Part shown: piece after piece, positions 26,208-38,419 of the stretch | How the letters are laid out: each line of letters begins with the position of its first letter | How positions within the stretch are numbered: the stretch's first letter is position 1 | Source: Mobula hypostoma | Lineage: Eukaryota | Direction of reading: 5' to 3' | Length of the DNA: 64,000 nt | Assembly (NCBI RefSeq): GCF_963921235.1 | Contig: NC_086097.1 | Coordinates: forward strand, 17,298,001 to 17,362,000 | Position numbers and translations under genes: made by a program | Notes under the pieces: generated by a model | What the model saw: the letters and a program-made list of their open reading frames with translations, nothing else | The model's database searches: none | Told to the model about the DNA's origin: nothing

Positions 26208-28850
26208 ACATAGAAACATAGAAACATAGAAAATAGGTGCAGGAGTAGGCCATTCGGCCCTTCGAGCCTGCACCGCCATTTATTATGATCATGGCTGATC
26301 ATCCAACTCAGAACCCAGCCTTCCCTCCATACCCCCTGACCCCTGTAGCCACAAGGGCCATATCTAACTTCCTTTTAAACATAGCTAATGAACTGGCCTC
26401 AACAGTTTGCTGTGGCAGAGAATTCCACAGATTCACCACTCTCTGTGTGAAGAAGTTTTTCCTAACCTCGGTCCTAAAAGGCTTCCCCTCTATCCTCAAA
26501 CTGTGACCCCTCGTTCTAGACCTCCCCAACATCGGGAACAATCTTCCTGCATCTAGCCTGTCCAATCCCTTTAGGATCTTATACGTTTCAATCAGATCCC
26601 CCCTCAATCTTCTAAATTCCAACGAGTACAAGGTCTTTCTTCATATGAAAGACCTGCCATCCCAGGAATCAATCTGGTGAACCTTCTTTGTACTCCCTCT
26701 ATGGCAAAGATGTCTTTCCTCAGATTAGGGGACCAAAACTGCACACAATACTCCAGGTGTGGTCTCACCAAGGCCTTGTACAACTGCAGTAGTACCTCCC
26801 TGCTCCTGTACTCGAATCCTCTCGCTATAAATGCCAGCATACCGTTCGCCTTTTTCACCGCCTGCTGTACCTGCATGCCCACTTTCAATGACTGGTGTAT
26901 AATGACACCCAGGTCTCGTTGCACCTCCCCTTTTCCTAATCGGCCACCATTCAGATAATAATCTGTTTTCCTATTTTTGCCACCAAAGTGGATAACTTCA
27001 CATTTATCCACATTAAATTGCATCTGCCATGAGTTTGCCCACTCACCCAACCTATCCAAGTCACCCTGCATCCTCTTAGCATCCTCCTCACTGCTAACAC
27101 TGCCACCCAGCTTCGTGTCATCCGCAAACTTGGAGATGCTGCATTTAATTCCCTCATCCAAGTCATTAATATATATTGTAAACAACTGGGGTCCCAGCAC
27201 TGAGCCTTGCGGTACCCCACTAGTCACCGCCTGCCATTCTGAAAAGGTCCCGTTTATTCCCACTCTTTGCTTCCTGTCTGCTAACCAATTCTCCACCCAC
27301 ACCAATACCTTACCCCCAATACCGTGTGCTTTAAGTTTGCACACTAATCTCCTATGTGGGACCTTGTCAAAAGCCTTTTGAAAATCCAAATATACCACAT
27401 CCACTGGTTCTCCCCTATCCACTCTACTAGTTACATCCTCAAAAAATTCTATGAGATTCGTCAGACATGATTTTCCTTTCACAAATCCATGCTGACTTTG
27501 TCCGATCATTTCACCGCTTTCCAAATGTGCTGTTATCACATCCTTGATAACTGACTCCAGCAGTTTCCCCACCACCGACGTTAGGCTAACCGGCCTATAA
27601 TTCCCCGGTTTCTCTCTCCCTCCTTTTTTAAAAAGTGGGGTTACATTAGCCACCCTCCAATCCTCAGGAACTAGTCCAGAATCTAACGAGTTTTGAAAAA
27701 TTATCACTAATGCATCCACTATTTCTTGGGCCACTTCCTTAAGCACTCTGGGATGCAGACCATCTGGCCCTGGGGATTTATCTGCCTTCAATCCCTTCAA
27801 TTTACCTAACACCACTTCCCTACTAACATGTATTTCGCTCAGTTCCTCCATCTCACTGGACCCTCTGTCCCTTACTATTTCTGGAAGATTATTTATGTCC
27901 TCCTTAGTGAAGACAGAACCAAAGTAATTATTCAATTGGTCTGCCATGTCCTTGCTCCCCATAATCAATTCACCTGTTTCTGTTTGCAGGGGACCTACAT
28001 TTGTCTTTATCAGTCTTTTCCTTTTTACATATCTATAAAAGCTTTTACAGTCCGTTTTTATGTTCTCTGCCAGTTTTCTCTCATAATCTTTTTTCCCCTT
28101 CCTAATTAAGCCCTTTGTCCTCCTCTGCTGAACTCTGAATTTCTCCCAGTCCTCAGGTGAGCCACTTTCTCTGGCTAATTTGTATGCTACTTCTTTGGAA
28201 TTGATACTATCCCTAATTTCTCTTGTCAGCCACGGGTGCACTACCTTCCTTGATTTATTCTTTTGCCAAACTGGGATGAACAATTGTTGTAGTTCATCCA
28301 TGCAACCTTTAAATGCCTGCCATTGCATATCCACCGTCAATCCTTGAAGTGTCATTTGCCAGTCTATCTTAGCTAATTCATGTCTCATACCTTCAAAGTT
28401 ACCCCTCTTTAAGTTCAGAACCTTTGTTTCTGAATTAACTACGTCACTCTCCATGTTAATGAAGAATTCCACCATATTATGGTCACTCTTACCCAAGGGG
28501 CCTCTCACGACAAGATCGCTAATTAACCCTTCCTCATTGCTCAAAACCCAGTCCAGAATAGCCTGCTCTCTAGTCGGTTCCTCGACATGTTGGTTCAAAA
28601 AACCATCCCGCATACATTCCAAGAAATCCTCTTCCTCAGCACCTTTACCAATTTGGTTCACCCAGTCTACATGTAGATTGAAGTCACCCATTATAACTGC
28701 TGTTCCTTTATTGCACACATTTCTAATTTCCTGTTTAATACCATCTCCGACCTCACTACTACTGTTAGGTGGCCTGTACACAACTCCCACCAGCGTCTTC
28801 TGCCCCTTAGTGTTACGCAGCTCTACCCATATCGATTCCACATCTTCCCG
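26208..28850 (-). mobile_element. young 5'-truncated CR1 LINE (partial APE endonuclease plus complete RT)
   Basis: Uninterrupted frame within ORF 26604..28982: VYRPP, MGDFN, SDH, YRPVSLTS, YLDFQKAFD, GVPQGSVLGP, KFADD; 13-bp deletion near 26632 shifts the C-terminus to ORF 26308..26631; (TTTCTATG)n tail. Confidence 0.97.
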
Positions 28851-30045
28851 GAAAAGACAGTACTCTTTTCCATAGATGCTGCCTGACCTGCTCAGTTCCT
28901 CCAGCATTTTCTGTGTGTTGCTTGGATTTCTAGCATCTGCAGATTTTCTCTTGTTTGTGATTGGGTTAATCAGGGCAGCCACTTACTTGAGCAACTCTTC
29001 TCGAATAAAAAGTAATTGCAAATATAGCTGGGTTTTGTTTCATTTATTTGGAAGACTATGCTGCTTAATTGGGACAGGAGACTTTTGGCAAACACTTTCT
29101 AACTAGGATCAGTTGTGTGCACTTGTAGGTCGTCAGACACTTCCCCGTGTTTAGAACTAACAGTTTTTAACTCGTGTCAGTTGCGTGTGTTTATGTTCAA
29201 AAAGCAGTGATTTTGACACTGATAATTGGCGGGAAATAAGCAGTAAGACAATTCAGAATTATTTTGTTCACTGTGGTTTCAAGCATTCAGACTTGGAGAT
29301 GCCAGGATGGCCAAGAGTGAAAATGAAACAATTTTACAATTTCAACAAGTTACAGACTACAAAGTATTTGAAGGTATCGACAATCATCTTGAATGTTACA
29401 ATGAAAATTAAGATTTCATGAATACAATTACCGAAAGCATTGTCTAAATGCAGTCCGTTATCTGCACTAGGTGTTGGCACTGATTTTGTTCACTTACAAT
29501 CAAAAGAACACAGCAGCGTACACAGGATGAATTCCTCCATTGATAACTATTAGGAACTAATACCCACTTTTATAGTACTGTAGAAGTATTGCTAGTGTTC
29601 GAATTTGTTCTGTAATTCATTTAAATAGATAATTTCTTACTCAGTTAAATGGTAGTTTATCTTTTTTATACGTTTTTAACTATTTCCATGAAACTTCGGC
29701 TAATTGGGTAGCCACTTAATTGGGACAAATGTACTGATCCCAATGTGTCCCAATTAACCAGTCCATGGTAAATTGTGTCCATAGACTTTCTCCTTTTTTG
29801 CTTCTTTGAAAAAAGTTATTCAGGTTCATCAGGCATAATATACCCTTTAGAAACCATGCATTAGCTCTTCTTCATTAGCTGTAAAATTTCAAGGAGTTCA
29901 GTCACTTATTTTCAAATCAGCATTATTTTGTTAATAAGGCATTTATGTTGTCTGCCCAGAGTTTTCTCTTTCACTCTTCATTGTGATATCAGTATTATTT
30001 TCATGCCAAAGGAGCAATTCTAGAATCAAAAGATCATTGCAGATT

Positions 30046-30660
30046 ATTAACACAAGAGATTCTGCAGATGCTGGAAATCCAGAGGCACACATAAAAATCT
30101 GGAAGAACTCAGCAGGTCAGGCAGCATCTATGGATGAGCATATGTAGTCAATGTTTCAGGCCAAGACCCCGCACCATGAGAAGGAATTTGTGGGGAATCT
30201 GTGGAAGTCTTTGCCACAGATGGCTATGGAGGCCAAGTCATTGAATTTATTTAATGTGGAGGTTGATAGGTTTTTGATTAGTATTGGCATCAAACGTTAC
30301 GGAGAGAAGGCAGGAGTATGTGTTGAGAGGGAAAATAAATCAGTCATAATGGAATGGCAGGACAGACTCAATGGGCTGAATGGCCTTTTCTGTTCCACTA
30401 TCTTATGGACATAAGGACTGGAAAAGAAGGGGGAAGAAGCAAGAATAATATGGTGTTGGAGGGGAAGGAGTAGCAGCAGAGATCATGGAGGGGGGGCAGT
30501 GAGGGGGGGTCTCACTGTCGAAGAAAATATTTGAACTTCTTCAGGGTAGGCATCCCCCAAAGAGACTTTGCAGTGGAGCTGCAAGTCGTAAATATGAGAT
30601 TCTGAAGATGCTGGAAATCCAGAACAACACCCACAAAAAGCTGGAAGAACTCAGCAGGAC
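30046..30660 (-). mobile_element. PLE tail fragments with an inserted CR1 3' end (30171-30410, plus strand)
   Basis: AACACAAGAGATTCTGCAGATGCTGG...TTTCAGGCCAAGACCC | CR1 | ATAAGGACTGGAAAAG. Confidence 0.75.
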
Positions 30661-30764
30661 ATAGTTAGAGCATGTGGACTATTCTCTCTTACTTTGTCTA
30701 TAGCCCTGGGATGACTATAGGGGAAGTAAGGAAATAAGTACTGACGCTGGAGTACTTTCCTTTC

Positions 30765-31405
30765 GAGTCATAAAGTCACAGAAAAGTATAGCACCGAAAC
30801 AGGCTCTTTGGCCCATCTAAGCCATGCTGAGCCATTTAAACTGCCTACTCCCATTGGCCTGTACCAGGACCGTAGCCCTCCATACCTCTACCATCCATGT
30901 ACCTATTCAAGCTTCTCTAAAACATTGAAATTAAGCTCACATGTGCAAGTTGTGTTGGCAGCTCATTCCACACTCTCATGACCCTCTGAGTGAAGAAGCT
31001 TTCCCTCATTTTCCCCTTCAAGTTTTCACCTTTCACACTTAACCCATGACCTCTAGTTGTAGACCCACCGAATCACAGTGAAAAACCCTGCTTACATTTA
31101 TGCCATCTAATCCCTTCATAATTTTGTACGCCTCTATCAAATCTTTCTCTGTACTCTTTCAACCTTAGTTACTTCTTTCTTGTAGGCAGGTAACCAAAAC
31201 TGCACACAATACTTGAAATCAGGCCTCACGAATGTCTTATACAACTTCAGTATAACATCATATCTCCTGAATTCAATACTTTGATTTATGAAAGTTAATG
31301 TTCGAAAAGCTTTCTTTATGACCCTATTAACCTTGTGGCGCCACTTTCAATGAATTATGGCCCTTTCGTTCTGCCACATCCTCAGCATCCTACCGTTCAC
31401 TGTTT
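30765..31405 (-). mobile_element. CR1 3' fragment
   Basis: Antisense LYKTFVRPDFKYCVQFW and 3' UTR. Confidence 0.85.
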
Positions 31406-33329
31406 AGTGCCATGATTTTCCTCATTGCTGTTATTTTGTTTACACCAATTTGTTGGATTCATTCCAATCATATTCCTCTACTTTAAATAGTGATCTAAGA
31501 AAACTAATCAGTGAGTCAACCATTTTCCTCTTTTCAGTCTCTCTTGCTCTATAACTGACTCCTTAATCTAGCAACCCTTTGTGTGTTACCTTGGCAACCC
31601 TGAACTCATCCTTTTCAAAGATGATCACCACCCCTCCATAACTCCCTCTGGAATGTAAAACTAAATTGTTTTCTCTCTTTCCCAATTCCAATAATATGTT
31701 TTAAAATTAAATCAGATTCTGTTTTTACAACTGCTATCTGATGTGTTGAACATTGCCAGCAAACTTTGTTTCATTTTTAGGGTTGAGACGATGCAATGAA
31801 GACCAATTTGATCAATGTTGGGTCATTTAGCTGAAGGCATTAGTCAAAAATTCTCACTTAATGAAATAGGCCACTGTGAGGTTGCCATCTTCCATTCTGC
31901 CTTGTCAATGTCTAACCGTGCAAGACAGTGGTGTATCACAGGGATATCTAAGCCTATTTAACGTAAAAAAAACAGTTTGAACATATCTTGGGAAAGTGCA
32001 GGAGAATAGATGTTTCTTCAAAGAACTGGCACGTAGTCAATTAGCTGAATGGATTCCTTGAAACAGTTTATTCTATTCAGAGTCTGCTCCAACATCTGAA
32101 AGCCTGTGCTGGCAAACTGTCATGCATACACTGCAAAGCCTCAGTTCTCTACAAGTGCTTGTGAACTGAGGAAAACCATCATCTCCCTACTTGCCATTGC
32201 CTCACCAGAGTTCCTCCATCGATTTTGAGGTCCTGCAAATATCCTTCTGGATCCATGGAATCAATTGTCAGCAAGGCATAGTCAACCTGGATGAAGCTTG
32301 AAAAGTGGAATTAAACTCACAAGAGGTTTTTCTTATGAAGAAAACCAGACATTTAAATTTGCTCTGCCAACAAACCACAAGGCTCTGATGTGAGGGTTCT
32401 TATAATATTCAAAAGGCACCTGGATGAATCTTTGAAAAGCTAGACAAAGAGCTGAGAAGTGGGATTAATTTAAACAGTCCAATTTAACCAAATGGGCACA
32501 ATGGGATAAACTTTTCTAATTCTATAAATACTGACACAGAATTAATAAAAGCTACTGTAGGAATCAAACGGAGATAGAAACTGCTTTGGAATTGAATAGT
32601 GCCAAAATATTGTGTATACATTTTAAGAATTTCTACAATCAGCAAATAAAGATTGAAAATGCAATGCAGCAAGAAGACAAAGTGCATATTGTGCTTTCAA
32701 AGTAGGAATTTAAAATGAAACAGATCTTTAATATTCTTGGTTAACACTCCATTGCCTGCAGCAGTGAAGTTGGCAGTTCCTGTCAAACCTCAGCTGACTG
32801 TCTCTTCTTAATCTCCAGCTGACTACGCAGTCTTATTTAAAGTATTATAGGGCTGGTCACAACCCTCTCTGTAACTCAGCTGCGCCTTGAGAACAATTCT
32901 CTGGTTATATTTCTTTCTCCGTGAGCTGAGGTGTAACTTATTTCACTTGTGCACAATGGTCAATTATGTCATCATATGTTAACTTCCTGTAGTAGGTCAT
33001 AAAAAAAAACTGGATCCAGTGCAATGGAATGGGAAACCAGAGAGGTACCAACATGAAACGTTCCAGCAAAAAATGTTCTTGTTTGATGGAAAATAGCTTG
33101 TAATGATTAGACTAGAAACTTTGACAATATAGTGAGGTAGTTGTTTGCAGGCCAACTCCAGCTTCAGAAAACTGGGTTGGATCCTATTTTCCTGTGCCAC
33201 TGGTGTGGAGATTGCCCATTCTCCAAGTGTTTACAGAGTAGTAGTACGATCTTTTCAGTCAAGTATGATGATCTCCTGAGGACTTGTTTTCCAGGGTGCT
33301 AGGGTGGGTTCCCTTAATAGAAATCACCA

Positions 33330-33665
33330 GTGCATGACTGTTTAACATGCACAGGCAGCCACCACATGATCTTTGACTGGTCAGGGTCAGGATCTAGTGG
33401 CAGGGTATGCAAGATGATTAGGATCTTTCACTATTGCAGCTTTCCTCCACCTTCGCTGCCATTGTGTTGTGTCACCATTTTCTGCCAGCTCCACCACTGA
33501 AGTCTTGTTTGACTCTGTCTTTGTCCGAAACTTTTCCCTTGAACGGACCACCGTGGGTGACCCTAACGGAAGTACTAAATGGTTAAACTCCAGTCAGCAT
33601 CACTCTTGGGATCTCAGAAACATAAAAGCTTCTCCACCATGACAAGGTGACGATCCTCGGAGAAG
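33330..33665 (-). mobile_element. RTE/Expander 5'-UTR-like relic
   Basis: Minus strand CACCTTGTCATGGTGGAGAAGCT...GGGTCACCCACGG resembles RTE 5' ends (by recall); related piece at 5850-5925. Confidence 0.5.
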
Positions 33666-34320
33666 GACCACATAGGTTTTCCTCAAGTGCTCTAGTATCC
33701 TCATATGTGCCATCAGGTTGGAGGCTACCCAGGCGGAATATAAGGTGTTATATCCCATTCCCATTCTGACATGTCTATCCACGGCCTCCTCTACTGTACG
33801 CCAGAGAAAGCAGGATCTCCCAGTGGTCACACATTTTAATTCCACATCCCATTCCCATTCTGACATGTCTATCCATGGCCTCCTCTACTGTACGCCAGAG
33901 AAACCAGGATCTCCCAGTGGCCACACATTTTAATTCCACATCCCATTCCAATTCTGACATGTCTATCCACGGTCTCCTCTACTGTAAAGATGAAGCCACA
34001 CTCAGGTTGGAGGAACAACACCTTATATTCCGTCTGGGTAGCCTCCAAGCTGATGGCATGAACATTGACTTCTCTAACTTCTGCTACTGCCCCACCTCCC
34101 CCTCGTACCCCATCCATTATTTGTTTTTATACACACATTCTTTCTCTCACTCTCCTTTTTCTCCCTCTGTCCCTCTGACTATACCCCTTGTCCATCCTCT
34201 GGGTTCCCACCCCCCCCCCCGTTTCCTTCTCCCTGGGCCTCCTGTCCCATGATCCTCTCATACCCCTTTGCCAATCACCTGTCCAGCTCTTGGCACCATC
34301 CCTCCCCCTCCTGTCTTCTC

Positions 34321-36802
34321 CTAGATTGGGTGAACCAAATTGGTAAAGGTGCTGAGGAAGAGGATTTCTTGGAATGCATGCGAGATGGTTTTTGAACCAA
34401 CATGTCGAGGAACCAACTAGAGAGCAGGCTATTCTAGACTGGGTTTTGAGCAATGAGGAAGGGTTAATTAGCAATCTTGTCGTAAGAGGCCCCATGGGTA
34501 AGAGTGACCATAATATGGTGGAATTCTTCATTAAGATGGAGAGTGACATAGTTAATTCAGAAACAAAGGTTCTAAACTTAAAGAGGGGTAACTTTGAAGG
34601 TATGAGACGTGAATTAGCTAAGATAGACTGGCAAATGACACTTAAAGGATTGACGGTGGATATGCAATAGCAAGCATTTAAAGATTGCATGGATGAACTA
34701 CAACAATTGTTCATCCCAGTTTGGCAAAAGAATAAATCAAGGAAGGTAGTGCACCCGTGGCTGACAAGAGAAATTAGGGATAGTATCAATTCCAAAGAAG
34801 AAGCATACAAATTAGCCAGAAAAAGTGGCTCACCTGAGGACTGGGAGAAATTCAGAGTTCAGCAGAGGAGGACAAAGGGCTTAATTAGGAAGGGGAAAAA
34901 AGATTATGAGAGAAAACTGGCAGGGAACATAAAAACTGACTGTAAAAGCTTTTATAGATATGTAAAAAGGAAAAGACTGGTAAAGACAAATGTAGGTCCC
35001 CTACAGACAGAAACAGGTGAATTGATTATGGGGAGCAAGGATATGGCAGACCAATTGAATAATTACTTTGGTTCTGTCTTCACTAAGGAGGACATAAATA
35101 ATCTTCCAGAAATAGTAGGGGACAGAGGGTCCAGTGAGATGGAGGAACTGAGCGAAATACATGTTAGTAGGGAAGTGGTGTTAGGTAAATTGAAGGGATT
35201 GAAGGCAGATAAATCCTCAGGGCCAGATGGTCTGCATCCCAGAGTGCTTAAGGAAGTAGCACAAGAAATAGTGGATGCATTAGTGATAATTTTTCAAAAC
35301 TCGTTAGATTCTGGACTAGTTCCTGAGGATTGGAGGGTGGCTAATGTAACCCCACTTTTTAAAAAAGGAGGGAGAGAGAAACCGGGGAATTATAGACTGG
35401 TTAGCCTAACGTAGGTGGTGGGGAAACTGCTGGAGTCAGTTATCAAAGATGTGATAACAGCACATTTGAAAAGCGGTGAAGTCATCGGACAAAGTCAGCA
35501 TGGATTTGTGAAAGGAAAATCATGTCTGATGAATCTCATAGAATTTTTTGAGGATGTAACTAGTAGAGTGGATAGGGGAGAACCAATGGATGTGGTATAT
35601 TTGGATTTTCAAAAGGCTTTTGACAAGGTCCCACACAGGAGATTAGTGTGCAAACTTAAAGCACATGGTATTGGGGGTAAGGTATTGATGTGGATAGAGA
35701 ATTGGTTAGCAGACAGGAAGCAAAGAGTGGGAATAAACGGGACCTTTTCAGAATGGCAGGCGGTGACTAGTGGGGTACCGCAAGGCTCAGTGCTGGGACC
35801 CCAGTTGTTTACAATATATATTAATGACTTGGATGAGGGAATTAAATGCAGCATCTCCAAGTTTGCGGATGACACGAAGCTGGGCGGCAGTGTTAGCTGT
35901 GAGGAGGATGCTAAGCGGGTGCAGGGTGACTTGGATAGGTTGGATGAGTGGGCAAATTCATGGCAGATGCAATTTAATGTGGATAAATGTGAAGTTATCC
36001 ACTTTGGTGGCAAAAATAGGAAAACAGATTATTATCTGAATGGTGGCAGATTAGGAAAAGGGGAGGTGCAACGAGACCTGGGTGGGTGTCATTATACACC
36101 AGTCATTGAAAGTGGGCATGCAGGTACAGCAGGCGGTGAAAAAGGCGAATGGTATGCTGGCATTTATAGCGAGAGGATTCGAGTACAGGAGCAGGGAGGT
36201 ACTACTGCAGTTGTACAAGGCCTTGGTGAGACCACACCTGGAGTATTGTGTGCAGTTTTGGTCCCCTAATCTGAGGAAAAACATCCTTGCCATAGAGTGA
36301 GTACAAAGAAGGTTCACCAGATTGATTCCTGGGATGGCAGGACTTTCATATGAAGGAAGACTGGATGAACTAGGCTTGTACTCGTTGGAATTTAGAAGAT
36401 TGAGGGGGGATCTGATTGAAACGTATAAAATCCTAAAGGGATTGGACAGGCTAGATGCAGGAAGATTGTTCCCGATGTTGGGGAAGTCCAGAATGAGGGG
36501 TCACAGTTTGAGGATAAGGGGGAAGCCTTTTAGGACTGAGATTAGGAAAAACTTCTTCACACAGAGAGTGATGAATCTGTGGAATTCTCTGCCACAGGAA
36601 ACAGTTGAGGCCAGTTCATTGGCTATATTTAAGAGGGAGTTAGATATGCTCTTGTGGCTACGGGGATCAGGGGGTATGGAGGGAAGGCTGGTGCAGGGTT
36701 CTGAGTTGGATGATCAGCCATGATCATAATAAATGGCGGTGCAGGCTCAAAGGGCCGAATAGCCTACTACTGCACCTATTTTCTATGTTTCTATGTTTCT
36801 AT
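34321..36802 (+). mobile_element. young 5'-truncated CR1 LINE with disabled ORF2
   Basis: ORFs 34374..34670, 34689..35414, 35415..36269, 36082..36300 and 36322..36723 are nearly identical to the 26208-28850 copy; stops at 34668, 35412 and 36298, frameshift near 36082. Confidence 0.97.
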
Positions 36803-36862
36803 CATTTTGGATCTCCCCCTCACCCTCCCACTTTCAAATCTCTTACTAACTTTCCTTCAGTT

Positions 36863-36898
36863 AGTCCTGACGAAGGGTCTCGGACTGAAACGTCGACC
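36863..36898 (+). ncRNA. minimal hammerhead ribozyme motif (PLE-associated)
   Basis: AGTC-CTGACGA-AGGGTCTCGGACT-GAAAC-GTC-GACC; core intact, stems I and II each carry a mismatch. Confidence 0.6.
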
Positions 36899-37817
36899 GT
36901 ACCTCTTCCTAGAGATGCTGCCTGGCCTGCTGCGTTCACCAGCAACTTTGATGTGTGTTGCTTTATTAGTAGGTTAACTGGTGACTATAAATTACCCCTA
37001 GGGCAGGTGAGTGGTGGAAGGATTATAGTGGGAGATGGAAGGGAGTTGTTTATGGAGATCACATGGAAGATATTAATTATGGACACTGAAGGACTTGTTC
37101 CTATGTGTTGTGGCACCATGGCTACATATTTTCAAGACATTGGTCAGTGACACATAAACGTTCTGAAGGAATTCACTGACCTCAAATGCTGATTCTGTCT
37201 CCTGTCTCTCCATCCACAGTTGCTGCCAGATCTGCTAAGTATTTCCAGCAACGTTGTTTTTAATTCTCCATCTGAAGCGTAGCAGAACAATGAAGCTCGC
37301 TGTTGCAAATGGTAATTCATTCCAAGTTAATTGCTAATTTAAAATATGTGATTCGTAGAATTTTATTAACTTAAAGACATGATGTAGGGCTAGGGAATGC
37401 AAACAAGTCATGATCTCCTTGTATGGGAGAACAGAAGAAGGGGCTCCTTGCAATAAGTGGCTTATTCTCATTCCAGTTCTTCTGTGGTAATACTTACCAT
37501 TGAGGATGAGTTTCTTTCATGTTTTAAAAATATTCAAGCAGGAGTGTTATGGCACGATATTTGCTTCAATTTGCTACAGTATGTTCCAAAGTAGGTGTTT
37601 TGAATAAAATTTGATCAGGCCTCAAAGTTTCCTCCATCAGGATGTATGAAGTAACACATACGAAATATTGGAGGAACTCAGCAGGTCAGGCAACATCCAT
37701 GGAAATGAATAAACAGTCAATGTTTCAGGCTGAGACACTTCATCAGTACTCAGGACCCAATAATGTGTGTGTGTTACTCTGGATTTCCAGCATCTGCAGA
37801 AACTCTTGTGTTCAAGG

Positions 37818-38415
37818 TACAGTATACTGACGTTTCTACAGATGTGCAACAGAGTGGGTTCTAGCGTTCTGTATCACTGTATAGCAAGATATTGCATTGT
37901 GGCAGGCCGGAAGGCTCAACAATGGGTAGTCAATGGGTAGCCAACATCTCATCAGCACCAGCCCACCTGCCATCAAGGACATATATACAGATAGGTGCTG
38001 GAACAGGGCCAGTAACACCATGAAGGATCCCACCCATCCTGCTCATGGATTGTTTGTCCCACTCCCATCAGGGAGGAGACTATGTACCATCCACGCCACG
38101 ACTATCAGTTTCAAAGCAGTCACTTTCCCCAAGCAATAAGGCTGATCAACATCTCCACCTACTAACCCACCCCACCATCACTACTTTATCATTCCCTGTC
38201 AGAGTCACCTTATGTACAGACACTCCTGTACTTCGAGTCATTTTATGAATATACTATCAATGTATATAAGCTATCTTATACATTTAAATTTATTGTGTTT
38301 TTATATTTTTATGTTCTTGATCTATTGCGTTTTTTTTTGATGCTGCATCAGATCTGGAGTAACAATTACTTCATTCTCCTGTACGCTTGTGTGCTGAAAA
38401 TGACATTAAACAATC
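37818..38415 (+). mobile_element. Rex1/Babar-like 3' end
   Basis: DIYTDRCWNRASNTMKDPTHPAHGLFVPLPSGRR (ORF 37933..38139), plus tail ending TGACATTAAACAATC. Confidence 0.85.
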
Positions 38416-38419
38416 TGGA

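Larger units (their letters stand above)
25654..29768 (+). mobile_element. Tigger/pogo-type DNA transposon derivative hosting nested PLE and CR1
   Basis: TA|CAGTGAATTCTGGTTAA left end and CCAATTAACCAGTCCATGG|TA right end; subterminal TAATTGGGAC repeats; transposase remnant WREISSKTIQNYFVHCGF (ORF 29185..29421). Confidence 0.75.
33706..36962 (+). mobile_element. Penelope-like element 3' part, split by a CR1
   Basis: DLPVATHFNSTSHSNSDMSIHGLLYCKDEATLRLEEQHLIFRLGSLQADGMNIDFSNF (ORF 33875..34252); pyrimidine-rich UTR to 34323 resumes at 36800-36962 with the hammerhead-like motif. Confidence 0.9.

Noticed and set aside
26677..28875. Antisense ORFs (93-140 aa) over CR1, repeated at 35609..36317
   Set aside because: Shadow frames of LINE ORF2; they recur only because the element is duplicated
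26604..28982. 792-aa ORF as a host or domesticated gene
   Set aside because: It is 5'-truncated CR1 ORF2 with a frameshifted end, and a near-identical disabled sibling lies 5.5 kb away
33752..33985. Regular repeats as a CRISPR-like array
   Set aside because: Whole 94-bp units repeat with no unique spacers; the sequence is PLE endonuclease coding DNA in a eukaryotic context
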